A stretch of 64,000 bases of DNA, taken from the sequence record NC_048779.1; one strand, 5' to 3'. A model generated the notes under the pieces. The model had not been told where the DNA came from. It saw only the letters and a list, made by a program, of their open reading frames with translations, and searched no databases. Made by a program: the position numbers and the translations under genes. This document shows, piece after piece, positions 18,730-26,499 of the stretch. Positions within the stretch are counted from its first letter, which is position 1, and the number at the start of each line of letters is the position of its first letter.

Positions 18730-19102
18730 GGACTATCTCCAACATCATGGCTTTAGGGTATTCAACATTAGGAAGTGGGTTGTAGGCAATCAATTCATTC
18801 CCGGAAAGGATGTCATCAATGTCTTCCACCATTTGAATACAAATAGCCGTGATTTCGTTTTGAATAATTAACCAAGGGAAATCCTCAAACTTTTCTATGA
18901 TCACAATGGATCGTAATAAGTTAGTAAACATCCCCGCGATGGCTTGCTCGACTGCGGCCTGTCTTCCAAAGGACACAGTGTTTTCATACGCCGTATAAAA
19001 GAAAGCGTGGAGTAACTCAGCTTGAGTCATCCCCGTGAAATCTGTCAAGCAACGCCTCTGTATAAAGTCCGCTAATGGTTGTGTCTGATATATCGTCAGC
19101 AT
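18719..19102 (-). CDS. Hypothetical protein, 127 aa
   Basis: Overlapping ORF chain. Confidence 0.7.
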   Translation of the reverse strand: MLTIYQTQPLADFIQRRCLTDFTGMTQAELLHAFFYTAYENTVSFGRQAAVEQAIAGMFTNLLRSIVIIEKFEDFPWLIIQNEITAICIQMVEDIDDILSGNELIAYNPLPNVEYPKAMMLEIVHEC

Positions 19103-19607
19103 TACATTCCCTTAGATCGTCTTTATGCACTGAGACTATTAAATGCCCGATGTTTGGTAAAGCTAATTGAACTTCGTGTTCAAATCGGGTATTTGGTGTC
19201 ATCGAGTACAATATTTGGTAAAAGGCGTAACCGATGTCAGTTAAGATATCTTCTAATACTCCCGCTGAATAATAACGATGTAGTAGAGTCGTTTCATATT
19301 CAAGGGACGTTAAATGAATTTCAAAATCGACACGATCTTGTAGTTTGTTTTGGAAGTAGATTACTTCGTACTTCGAAGGTTCCGAAGGGGCGACACATAG
19401 TTTGAACTTTGAGTCCGAACATATATCCCTAAGGGTTTGATAAATGAGCCCTGCCTTTACATCAGCTATCCGTTCAGTCGGAATTGAACGGAGATCATTA
19501 TCAAACATTAAATCGTAAACTAATTGATTAACTTGGGAAAGGTCGACACTTACTACTTTCGTTTCATTGGACGAGTTTAGAAAGCTCATCTTGGCTAGGG
19601 TTGTCAC
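19017..19607 (-). CDS. Hypothetical protein, up to 196 aa
   Basis: Overlapping ORF chain; start uncertain. Confidence 0.65.
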   Translation of the reverse strand: MTTLAKMSFLNSSNETKVVSVDLSQVNQLVYDLMFDNDLRSIPTERIADVKAGLIYQTLRDICSDSKFKLCVAPSEPSKYEVIYFQNKLQDRVDFEIHLTSLEYETTLLHRYYSAGVLEDILTDIGYAFYQILYSMTPNTRFEHEVQLALPNIGHLIVSVHKDDLRECNADDISDTTISGLYTEALLDRFHGDDSS

Positions 19608-20019
19608 TTACTAGCTCTCCTAACGATACTGGTGATTCAGGGGCAAATGAAAGTTCTTCAACCGTTGCATCCAAATCCATGATGAGTAATACTTGATGAA
19701 TGATGCCGTCACGGTTCTTCACATTTTTCTCTTCACAGATTTTTATTTTGAGGCGCGAGTCCCAACCCGAAGCACGAGCGTACTTTCGAATCCCCTCCAG
19801 CTGCTCGATATAAATCGTTTCAACTGCTGTGTTATTCCCAAGTAGTGTGGTGAGATGACCTATTCGATCATAAGCTTGGTCGAAGTCCTTAGAATTAAAA
19901 ACTTCTACAACGTCTTCCAACAAAGCATGCACATAACCATGAATGGTGAAATTATCGAACCCCATCTTATCAAAAGTGAGTAGGTTCTCCATAATTCGAC
20001 CCGTGTTGACAACGTACAT
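19564..20019 (-). CDS. Hypothetical protein, 151 aa
   Basis: ORF with SD-like GGGG upstream. Confidence 0.7.
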   Translation of the reverse strand: MYVVNTGRIMENLLTFDKMGFDNFTIHGYVHALLEDVVEVFNSKDFDQAYDRIGHLTTLLGNNTAVETIYIEQLEGIRKYARASGWDSRLKIKICEEKNVKNRDGIIHQVLLIMDLDATVEELSFAPESPVSLGELVSDNPSQDELSKLVQ

Positions 20020-20028
20020 AATTACCCC

Positions 20029-20322
20029 TTATTTAAAAAACATGACTGCATAGCACCCGGGACTAGCAGGACGCACCGTAACCTGAGTGTCGGTGGAAAT
20101 CCCACTTGATTGCGCTACGAGTGTGGTATGGATGAAAGTTTTGACTGGGTACAACGTTGCTTCATCACCATACACAATATGACGATTTAAAACGTGGTAA
20201 CCCAAATCGGTTAGTGTTTCGTGGATCAAAGCAATTCCATTAAAAACGGAATGTTCGTTTCCAATAAGGTTTGTATAGTCGTTAAGTGCGATGTTCACGA
20301 CTTTAATACAGTTCTTTCTCAT
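20029..20322 (-). CDS. Hypothetical protein, 97 aa
   Basis: First ORF after the phuZ terminator. Confidence 0.65.
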   Translation of the reverse strand: MRKNCIKVVNIALNDYTNLIGNEHSVFNGIALIHETLTDLGYHVLNRHIVYGDEATLYPVKTFIHTTLVAQSSGISTDTQVTVRPASPGCYAVMFFK

Positions 20323-20365
20323 TTACGTTCCCGTTTTTAATAAAACTAAAAAATATAAATAATAA

Positions 20366-20394
20366 ACGTATGGCACCTAGAAGATGCCATACGT
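20366..20394 (-). terminator. Terminator after phuZ
   Basis: ACGTATGGCA/TGCCATACGT 10-bp stem, T-rich tail on the minus strand. Confidence 0.75.
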
Positions 20395-20414
20395 AGTTAA
20401 GTCTTACTTAGGTA

Positions 20415-21380
20415 TTACCAGACCATCCCGGAATTGTCAGAGCCCTCTGTGAGGTCCTTAGAACGGGACTTAGTGAATTGGGTCTGACGTTCTACCGCTT
20501 TTTCTTTAGAACGCTCCATATCATTGATGATCTGTTCTGTTAGGCTATCGTACTCAAGCATCATGTGTAGTTCACCTGTATCGTTAGGAGTGATCGCATC
20601 TGGATGCATTACGCCCGTCACACGATACCCTTTACCGATTTGAACGGAACGGATGTCGTTACGAGAGCTGTATAGAGAGAAACTCGCTACCGCACTACCT
20701 TGACGTTTATCGATAGTCAGACCATCATAGAACTCAATACGAGTAAGAGATGGTGGGATATCGACCGCGCTAGAGTAATCCAACAAATGACGGATGTCCT
20801 CGTAGTCTGACTCTTCGTGTTTATCCGTTAAGAACAGCGATAGTAGGTTGAGACGCTCAACAGCGATTTTGTTTAACTCACCACGAGTTAAAGCTTCGTC
20901 GTTTTGTAACACATCCATTACGACCGGCATATCAAAATGCTTACGCTGACCATCCAGAGAACGCAGAGTCGCAATCGTGTTGTCCAGTTCGATGTCCGTG
21001 GTTTGATCGATCACGAGGAACGAAACTACCGGAATACCTGCTTCCATAAGGGCACGAACTAGGAAAGGACCAATGGTAGAACCTGACGCACCCGCACCAC
21101 TGTAAATCACAACGTTGAAATCCCCCGCTTTATGTTTCACCAACATTTGGTTAACAAAATCAGGAATGAGATCACGATTCAAAGTACGCTTCTTACCACC
21201 ACCGCGAGTGTTCGGTGGACACTCTAAAATGAACGAGTCATCATCCGGTTTATTGTTGGTAGACGTATCTAAACCGATGAACTCTACTTTAGAGATAGGA
21301 AGGTTTCTTAACGACTTCTTCCATGCAGAACCGATGTTAATACCCGCACCACCAATACACCATGCACGTAATGTAGACAT
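20415..21380 (-). CDS. phuZ: PhuZ phage tubulin, 321 aa
   Basis: CIGGAGINIG, GLDTS, RGGGKKR, SGAGASGSTIG tubulin/FtsZ GTPase loops; Chimalliviridae context. Confidence 0.93.
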   Translation of the reverse strand: MSTLRAWCIGGAGINIGSAWKKSLRNLPISKVEFIGLDTSTNNKPDDDSFILECPPNTRGGGKKRTLNRDLIPDFVNQMLVKHKAGDFNVVIYSGAGASGSTIGPFLVRALMEAGIPVVSFLVIDQTTDIELDNTIATLRSLDGQRKHFDMPVVMDVLQNDEALTRGELNKIAVERLNLLSLFLTDKHEESDYEDIRHLLDYSSAVDIPPSLTRIEFYDGLTIDKRQGSAVASFSLYSSRNDIRSVQIGKGYRVTGVMHPDAITPNDTGELHMMLEYDSLTEQIINDMERSKEKAVERQTQFTKSRSKDLTEGSDNSGMVW

Positions 21381-21421
21381 ATTAAACTCCTTTAAAGTTT
21401 AGTTAAAAATATTTAAAATGC

Positions 21422-21851
21422 AAAAAAGCACCATCCCCTTCGCCGGGGATGGTCAAAGCAGTGGAACTCAGTGCCAATACTGAAATTACCCGAACTGGAT
21501 TCTTACGCGGTCGAAGAACCCAGCCGGCTAGCCTCGGCTTAGCATCCCTTGGTGGAGTGTAGGAGCTGAGGAAACACTCTCCATTTTTAAAGCGGTCAGG
21601 GGTGTACCGCTGTGGACGCTGAGTTAAAGGCTCAAGCGTCCTACGAACAAAAGTAGTGGCTTCTGTCCGAATAGGGTGGTTCAGGGGATGGCTTTAGTGA
21701 CATCGATGTTGACAAGGAGGACTCCCCCCTGAACCAGAATAGTTGTGAGCGGTTGTAATGAAGGAATAACTTCCTAGGTCGGACTCGCGGCATACACCTT
21801 TTCTTTTCGGACACGCTAGTCTAGCTAAACCTAATCTTGTACCGCTCACAT
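21422..21851 (-). ncRNA. Putative ~430-nt structured ncRNA of unassigned family
   Basis: No ORF >=60 aa. Perfect helices 21841-21850/21744-21753 (10 bp) and 21677-21687/21726-21736 (11 bp); 8-bp crossing pair 21806-21813/21664-21671; several more hairpins; promoter-like motif at the 5' end and terminator at the 3' end. Confidence 0.7.
21430..21453 (-). terminator. Terminator closing the structured element
   Basis: ACCATCCCC/GGGGATGGT stem followed by GCTTTTTTG. Confidence 0.8.
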
Positions 21852-21859
21852 ATAATGTA
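21848..21859 (-). promoter_or_regulatory. Promoter-like motif TACATTATATGT at the 5' end of the structured element
   Basis: Near-identical motifs at 25611-25622 and 30194-30205; resembles phiKZ early TATATTAC and contains the late TATG start motif. Confidence 0.6.
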
Positions 21860-21878
21860 CCTTGGGTTAGGAATTAAT

Positions 21879-22580
21879 TTAAAGACGGGTGTGTTGTTGA
21901 TAACGTTTAGGTCCCATTCCATATTTTTTCTCGAACTTCACTACGAAGTAACTAAAGTCGAGGAAGCCTAACTCCTCAGCGAGTTGACGCACCGACTTAT
22001 AGTAATTAGGTAGCTTGGCATGCGCTTGATTTAAACGCAAGTCTAATACGAATTGTTTCAACCCAAATCCATAGTGATGATTGATAATCAACTCTATTTC
22101 TTGGTGGGTTAAACGGAATCGGTCCGAGAGGGTCTGGATACTTAAACCGGTATCTTTGTAATGTTTCTTGACATGATCTAACAAAAACGTCTGACGTTGC
22201 ACCGTTAACTTGGGATGGGATTTAAACAAACCCCAAGCTAAATCACTGGTCTTCGGTCGGTTGCGATAATTTAAAGGGTACGTGCCAAATTGCTTAATGA
22301 AATTTTCTCTCAGCGTTTTATGATTAGTGTACCCAATTGCTCTGGCGATAGAGGTTAGGTTAAGATCTGTGTCGTCTAAGAGTTTCTTCGCTTCTAACAT
22401 TTTTAAATGGGTGATGTAATCATACAAACTCCCTTCACCTGCATCACGGAATAGTTTAATGACTCTAGTGGGTGAGATCCCTGTTTTCTTTAAAACTAAT
22501 TCCGAAGCATTAGGTTCCAAACAATATTTCTTAGCCGCATTTTTGAGCTTCTTGAACTCTCTGGAATTCTTATCAGACAC
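21879..22580 (-). CDS. Tandem double AraC/XylS HTH-domain protein, 233 aa
   Basis: ...AKKLLDDTDLNLTSIARAIGYTNHKTLRENFIKQFGTYPLNYR and ...SVRQLAEELGFLDFSYFVVKFEKKYGMGPKRY; no effector domain. Confidence 0.88.
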   Translation of the reverse strand: MSDKNSREFKKLKNAAKKYCLEPNASELVLKKTGISPTRVIKLFRDAGEGSLYDYITHLKMLEAKKLLDDTDLNLTSIARAIGYTNHKTLRENFIKQFGTYPLNYRNRPKTSDLAWGLFKSHPKLTVQRQTFLLDHVKKHYKDTGLSIQTLSDRFRLTHQEIELIINHHYGFGLKQFVLDLRLNQAHAKLPNYYKSVRQLAEELGFLDFSYFVVKFEKKYGMGPKRYQQHTRL

Positions 22581-23298
22581 AAGCGCCTCTCAAAGTTTCC
22601 CGGAGTTCAACGATATTAACCCCGTAGACTTCTTGGTATTGCTTCCGTAAATAGGTCGCACTACAAGAACCTACAGTAGTCGCCAAGTCTGTAATCTTAA
22701 TACTTGGATTTTTGTGGAGTAACTCCTTAGCTAATTTCATCCTAGTATCCTTTCTCCATTCACGATAGGTTTTACCGTAATAGTGTTCAAACATTTCACT
22801 TAAGCTACGATCTGGTAAACCAAACTTCTTTTCTACATCGGCGTAATTGAAATTGACTTTGATGTTTTTAAGTAGGTAATTCAATATCTTCTCACGCAAC
22901 TCATTAGGATAATATCGGTCCATAGTTTCTTTAGAATAAGAATCCATGGTCGGAACCTCGAGGGAATCCGTGTAATCTTCACGAGGGTGTCGTTTAAAGT
23001 AAGCCTTGTACTCTTTGGTAAAAGATTGGAAGTGAGAATACCCAACGTGGGCTCCAGCTAGTGTAGGTCTGATGCCCGATTCTAGCAAAGCTTTGGCTTT
23101 AACTAAGCGTTTACGTCGAAGATACTCACCCGGGGTGGTATTACGTTGTTCAGCAAACAAACGGTAGACATCCGGGATAAACACACCTAGTTGATGACTT
23201 AAGTCTTTGACCGTGACTTTTTCTAGGTAGTGTTCATTTATCCATTTGTCCAGATCTTCCATTAAACGAATTCTGGATTCTTTATCTACAGGGTACAT
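22573..23298 (-). CDS. Tandem double AraC/XylS HTH-domain protein, 241 aa
   Basis: TTPGEYLRRKRLVKAKALLES...VGYSHFQSFTKEYK and RMKLAKELLHKNPSIKITDLATTVG...YQEVYGV. Confidence 0.88.
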   Translation of the reverse strand: MYPVDKESRIRLMEDLDKWINEHYLEKVTVKDLSHQLGVFIPDVYRLFAEQRNTTPGEYLRRKRLVKAKALLESGIRPTLAGAHVGYSHFQSFTKEYKAYFKRHPREDYTDSLEVPTMDSYSKETMDRYYPNELREKILNYLLKNIKVNFNYADVEKKFGLPDRSLSEMFEHYYGKTYREWRKDTRMKLAKELLHKNPSIKITDLATTVGSCSATYLRKQYQEVYGVNIVELRETLRGACV

Positions 23299-24464
23299 AA
23301 TTCAGTTTCCTTTATTTTACCCAGACGGATATCGTCTTCTCTAATACATAAGTCGGCGTTAGTTTTAACAAAGCGAACAAACTGCTTGGTTTTGTTACGA
23401 CGAGTAAGTGGACCTTTATGTTTACGGATCTCCGCAGGAGTCAGTCCGTAGTTAGCCATTAAGTGTCTTCTGATGTCGTATTCATAATCCGAACCAACCT
23501 TCCTTAAGATCTTAGAAAACTTCCAACGAGTGTTTTGTAAAAAGTACACCACTATTTCCAATCGGATGAATAAGCGCGCCTTACTAGGTAACATGCCTGT
23601 GTAAAGAGTAAACATTCTTTCCCAAGAAGAAGTGTTTACTCCGTAAAATTCTCTCAGCTCAGTTAAGTGGGGACGATTTTCAAGCAGGTTTTCGGTAACG
23701 TTATCCACTATCTCTTCCATGAGGGAAGGGAGTATCCAGACGTTTTCACCATGGACTTTGGCCCACATACCGATAGATTTTGATTCACCAAATTCACTGG
23801 TAGTCATACCGTACTTTGCTTTAAAAGCTTTATTAAGTCCAGTAGGGGCGTTGTAGATGGTCATTTCCAGTAAACGGGTTTCTTTATACCCGTGAGTTTT
23901 GATTTGCTCGGCAACGTACTCTAGTTGCTTATTTAACAAATAAGCCCTAGGAGTTACTCCGTGTAGTTCAATGAATTTCTGTCTAATGTAAGTGGTGGTG
24001 TAAACACTGTCGTTTATTAATACATTGACGTCTTTGTATAAGTACGGATTAAGGTCGATCTTTTCAACGATGGAGCTGATAACCGCATCGACTACACCTA
24101 AACTCGGTCTTTTTGATTTTAACCCCATGCGCGCACGGACCTTAGTAGGGCGCTCTCCAAAAACGGATAAATACCAAACGTAAAAGTTTGATGTTTTATC
24201 ATACCCTAAGGTTTTAGCGATTTCTTCTAGTGAAAGTTCACCGTCAGAGACTAAACGCTTAGCTAAATCCTTACGTAACTCTTTCAAGTGATGTGTAGGG
24301 GTTTCTAAACCTTGATTTAGAAAACGCACAGTCAATACATCTGGGGCGATGTTTTGCATTTTTGCAATGTCGACGAATTTACGTTTTTCTTTATAATGCG
24401 CATTAATGTTCGCTATTGTGGTCAAAACGATTTCATCGTCGATTCCTAGTGTATCTATGGACAT
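23286..24464 (-). CDS. Triple AraC/XylS HTH-domain protein, 392 aa
   Basis: Three ~100-aa units ending FGERPTKVR, YGMTTSEF and YGLTPAEIR; first unit has LSLEEIAKTLGY. Confidence 0.82.
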   Translation of the reverse strand: MSIDTLGIDDEIVLTTIANINAHYKEKRKFVDIAKMQNIAPDVLTVRFLNQGLETPTHHLKELRKDLAKRLVSDGELSLEEIAKTLGYDKTSNFYVWYLSVFGERPTKVRARMGLKSKRPSLGVVDAVISSIVEKIDLNPYLYKDVNVLINDSVYTTTYIRQKFIELHGVTPRAYLLNKQLEYVAEQIKTHGYKETRLLEMTIYNAPTGLNKAFKAKYGMTTSEFGESKSIGMWAKVHGENVWILPSLMEEIVDNVTENLLENRPHLTELREFYGVNTSSWERMFTLYTGMLPSKARLFIRLEIVVYFLQNTRWKFSKILRKVGSDYEYDIRRHLMANYGLTPAEIRKHKGPLTRRNKTKQFVRFVKTNADLCIREDDIRLGKIKETELCTL

Positions 24465-24501
24465 AATAAATCCTTTAATGAATATTTAACAAACAACAAT
24501 A

Positions 24502-24529
24502 ATCCTGCTTGCTGAAGAGCAAGCAGGAT
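24502..24529 (-). terminator. Hairpin terminator upstream of the AraC operon
   Basis: ATCCTGCTTGCT/AGCAAGCAGGAT 12-bp stem. Confidence 0.75.
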
Positions 24530-24535
24530 ACTGGT

Positions 24536-25315
24536 TTAAACAGCGAGACGATTGTCCCACTCTACAGGAATGCCTCCCGCTCGCTTATAGGCGTTCAGGA
24601 ACGCTTCTCTAACCGTCTTGGGTTTTACTTCTAGTCTAACTAAGACATGGTCTTGGTCAGCTTGTTTCAGCGCAGCAACGTGATGGGGTTCAGAAATGTC
24701 TTTAGGATCAATTTCCACCCACCCGTCTTCTAATGCTACTTCCGCTCGACGACTAACTACTCGCTTAGCGTAGTAGTCACTCAGATCATCCCCCGTCACA
24801 ACGCAAGACTTCAATAAATAAATAATGTCGTCTACGCTGACTTCCAACATATCCCCGTCGATACTGTTGATCAAATCATAACACCCATTTTGATTTGGGT
24901 AGATTTCTTGCCAGTACCAATCTTTGTTTCGGTGATCTACATAAAGTTCGTAGATCTTGCCTTCCCCATCCACAGCGTTCCCCAAGAACCCCGGCAAGAT
25001 GTATAGCTCTAAACCTTCCCACTTAATCACCTTACACACATACGGGGCGTGAACCACGTAGTCTTCGTAAGTCGGCAATAAGATTTCTTTAAAGTGCAAT
25101 TCTTCCGCTAAGTCTACTAAATGAATAGGGAACCCTTCTACGAGCTTTGTTAAATGAGTTAACCATCCTTGAGCTCGTGTTAACCGAACTTGCTTTCGGC
25201 CCTTAACGGTAAAGCTAACGTTTTGTTGACGATAAGGTTTCCCTTTAGCAGTCACTATCATTCCGTGCAAATGATGTAAACTCGTATTATCAATTTGTTT
25301 TACTAATTCTTTCAT
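24536..25315 (-). CDS. Hypothetical protein, 259 aa, with a NUMOD4-like segment but no HNH residues
   Basis: YILPGFLGNAVDGEGKIY resembles the N-terminus of HNH homing endonucleases. Confidence 0.7.
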   Translation of the reverse strand: MKELVKQIDNTSLHHLHGMIVTAKGKPYRQQNVSFTVKGRKQVRLTRAQGWLTHLTKLVEGFPIHLVDLAEELHFKEILLPTYEDYVVHAPYVCKVIKWEGLELYILPGFLGNAVDGEGKIYELYVDHRNKDWYWQEIYPNQNGCYDLINSIDGDMLEVSVDDIIYLLKSCVVTGDDLSDYYAKRVVSRRAEVALEDGWVEIDPKDISEPHHVAALKQADQDHVLVRLEVKPKTVREAFLNAYKRAGGIPVEWDNRLAV

Positions 25316-25381
25316 GTTGAATCTACTCCTACTAACGTTATTATCCTAATAACTTAAATGACTCAGTTTTATATCCCTTTG

Positions 25382-25389
25382 GTAATATA
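25382..25389 (-). promoter_or_regulatory. Early promoter motif TATATTAC
   Basis: Exact phiKZ early consensus, ~65 nt upstream of ATG 25315. Confidence 0.65.
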
Positions 25390-25435
25390 GAGATATAATT
25401 CCTTTATCTGATTACAGCAAGTTTATTACATGAAC

Positions 25436-25622
25436 CTATACTCGTTATACGTAGTACACTCCTTTTATCGTGTTTACGTACTTCGTACTACAACACTCAC
25501 CGTGACTATTCGTACCTCATAGATCACTCTAAGGAGTACTACTATAACTCGTATGTAAAAATAACCCTTTCCCATCCTTTTCAGGGGGTCTTCGACGGAT
25601 TCTTTTTAGTACATATAATATA
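25436..25622 (-). ncRNA. Putative structured intergenic RNA (element 2)
   Basis: 18-bp interrupted stem (25444-25464/25531-25548) enclosing two hairpins (multi-way junction); TATATTATATGT motif at the 5' end. Confidence 0.45.
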
Positions 25623-25643
25623 TTATCCGTTAAGAAATAACTT

Positions 25644-26402
25644 TTAGAGTATGAAGTGAGTTTTAAGTCCGCTAAGTTCGTTATAAGTACCACGTAAAGT
25701 GACTACTTCTTGCCTTAGGGGAACACGAGTAATAATCAACTCAGTAGTCATGCAATCGGAATTGATGGTTGTAGGGTGGGTGATGGCGTGTTCTGACTTA
25801 AACCAGTTGAGCTTAGCACGAGGTTTCACCATGCGCATGAAAGCTTCAAGTTCTTTATCTGTTTTAGAAGGATCTAACCACATGTGTTGAGTAATGGTTT
25901 GTACCATGGCTTTGATACCCGGTTCGGTCAACACATTGAGCTTGAAGTTAAAGTGACGCTTACGGAACCAATCTTCATTTGCACGGTCCTTGAATAAACC
26001 CCAAGGAAGTTCCCAAGTGAGTTCATACCCATTACCTTCTCTGAATTCTAACTTGAATAAAAAGTCAGGATTCAGTTTATTGTAAGATTCCGTTATCGTA
26101 ATGCTACTGCGTTTACGATTATGGTGTTCGATCGTGAACTGTCGGTTGTCGTAATTTGCCGGGGATATACGGAAGTGGTTTTTGTAAGCAAAGTTCCACG
26201 ATTGGGCTCGGTCTTGGTGGAGTTGATTAGAGACATCGATAATCCATTGGAACGCATCATCGAAACTACGATAAGCGTACGCCAGTTTGGACATCATCTC
26301 TAAACGGGATTCAAAGGTATGGAGGGTTGTAGGTGGGTGAGGAATAGGCATGCCGTGTCGGTTATAACCCATGTGTAAAGTGAAAGGACATTGTTCGTTC
26401 AT
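25644..26402 (-). CDS. Hypothetical protein, 252 aa (possible member of the local paralog family)
   Basis: ORF; GYELTWELPW...W motif shared with neighbours. Confidence 0.75.
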   Translation of the reverse strand: MNEQCPFTLHMGYNRHGMPIPHPPTTLHTFESRLEMMSKLAYAYRSFDDAFQWIIDVSNQLHQDRAQSWNFAYKNHFRISPANYDNRQFTIEHHNRKRSSITITESYNKLNPDFLFKLEFREGNGYELTWELPWGLFKDRANEDWFRKRHFNFKLNVLTEPGIKAMVQTITQHMWLDPSKTDKELEAFMRMVKPRAKLNWFKSEHAITHPTTINSDCMTTELIITRVPLRQEVVTLRGTYNELSGLKTHFIL

Positions 26403-26468
26403 AATACGTTCCTTAAGGCTCTAAGAGCTTAATTAAAAAGAGATTGGTATGATTTATCGGATGAAGCA

Positions 26469-26495
26469 CTAGGAGGTCCTCTAAGGACCTCCTAG
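26469..26495 (-). terminator. Hairpin terminator
   Basis: CTAGGAGGTCCT/AGGACCTCCTAG inverted repeat. Confidence 0.7.
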
Positions 26496-26499
26496 GAAC

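Noticed and set aside
21548-21585. CTCCACCA in the structured element suggested tmRNA or tRNA
   Set aside because: It is internal; I found no GGGGC 5' acceptor strand, T-arm GTTCRA or tag ORF, and no cloverleaf.
21641-21793. 50-codon minus-strand ORF (MPRVRPRKLF...) inside the structured element, preceded by AAGG
   Set aside because: Atypical composition, and it runs through perfect helices; kept only as an alternative to exclude by Ribo-seq.
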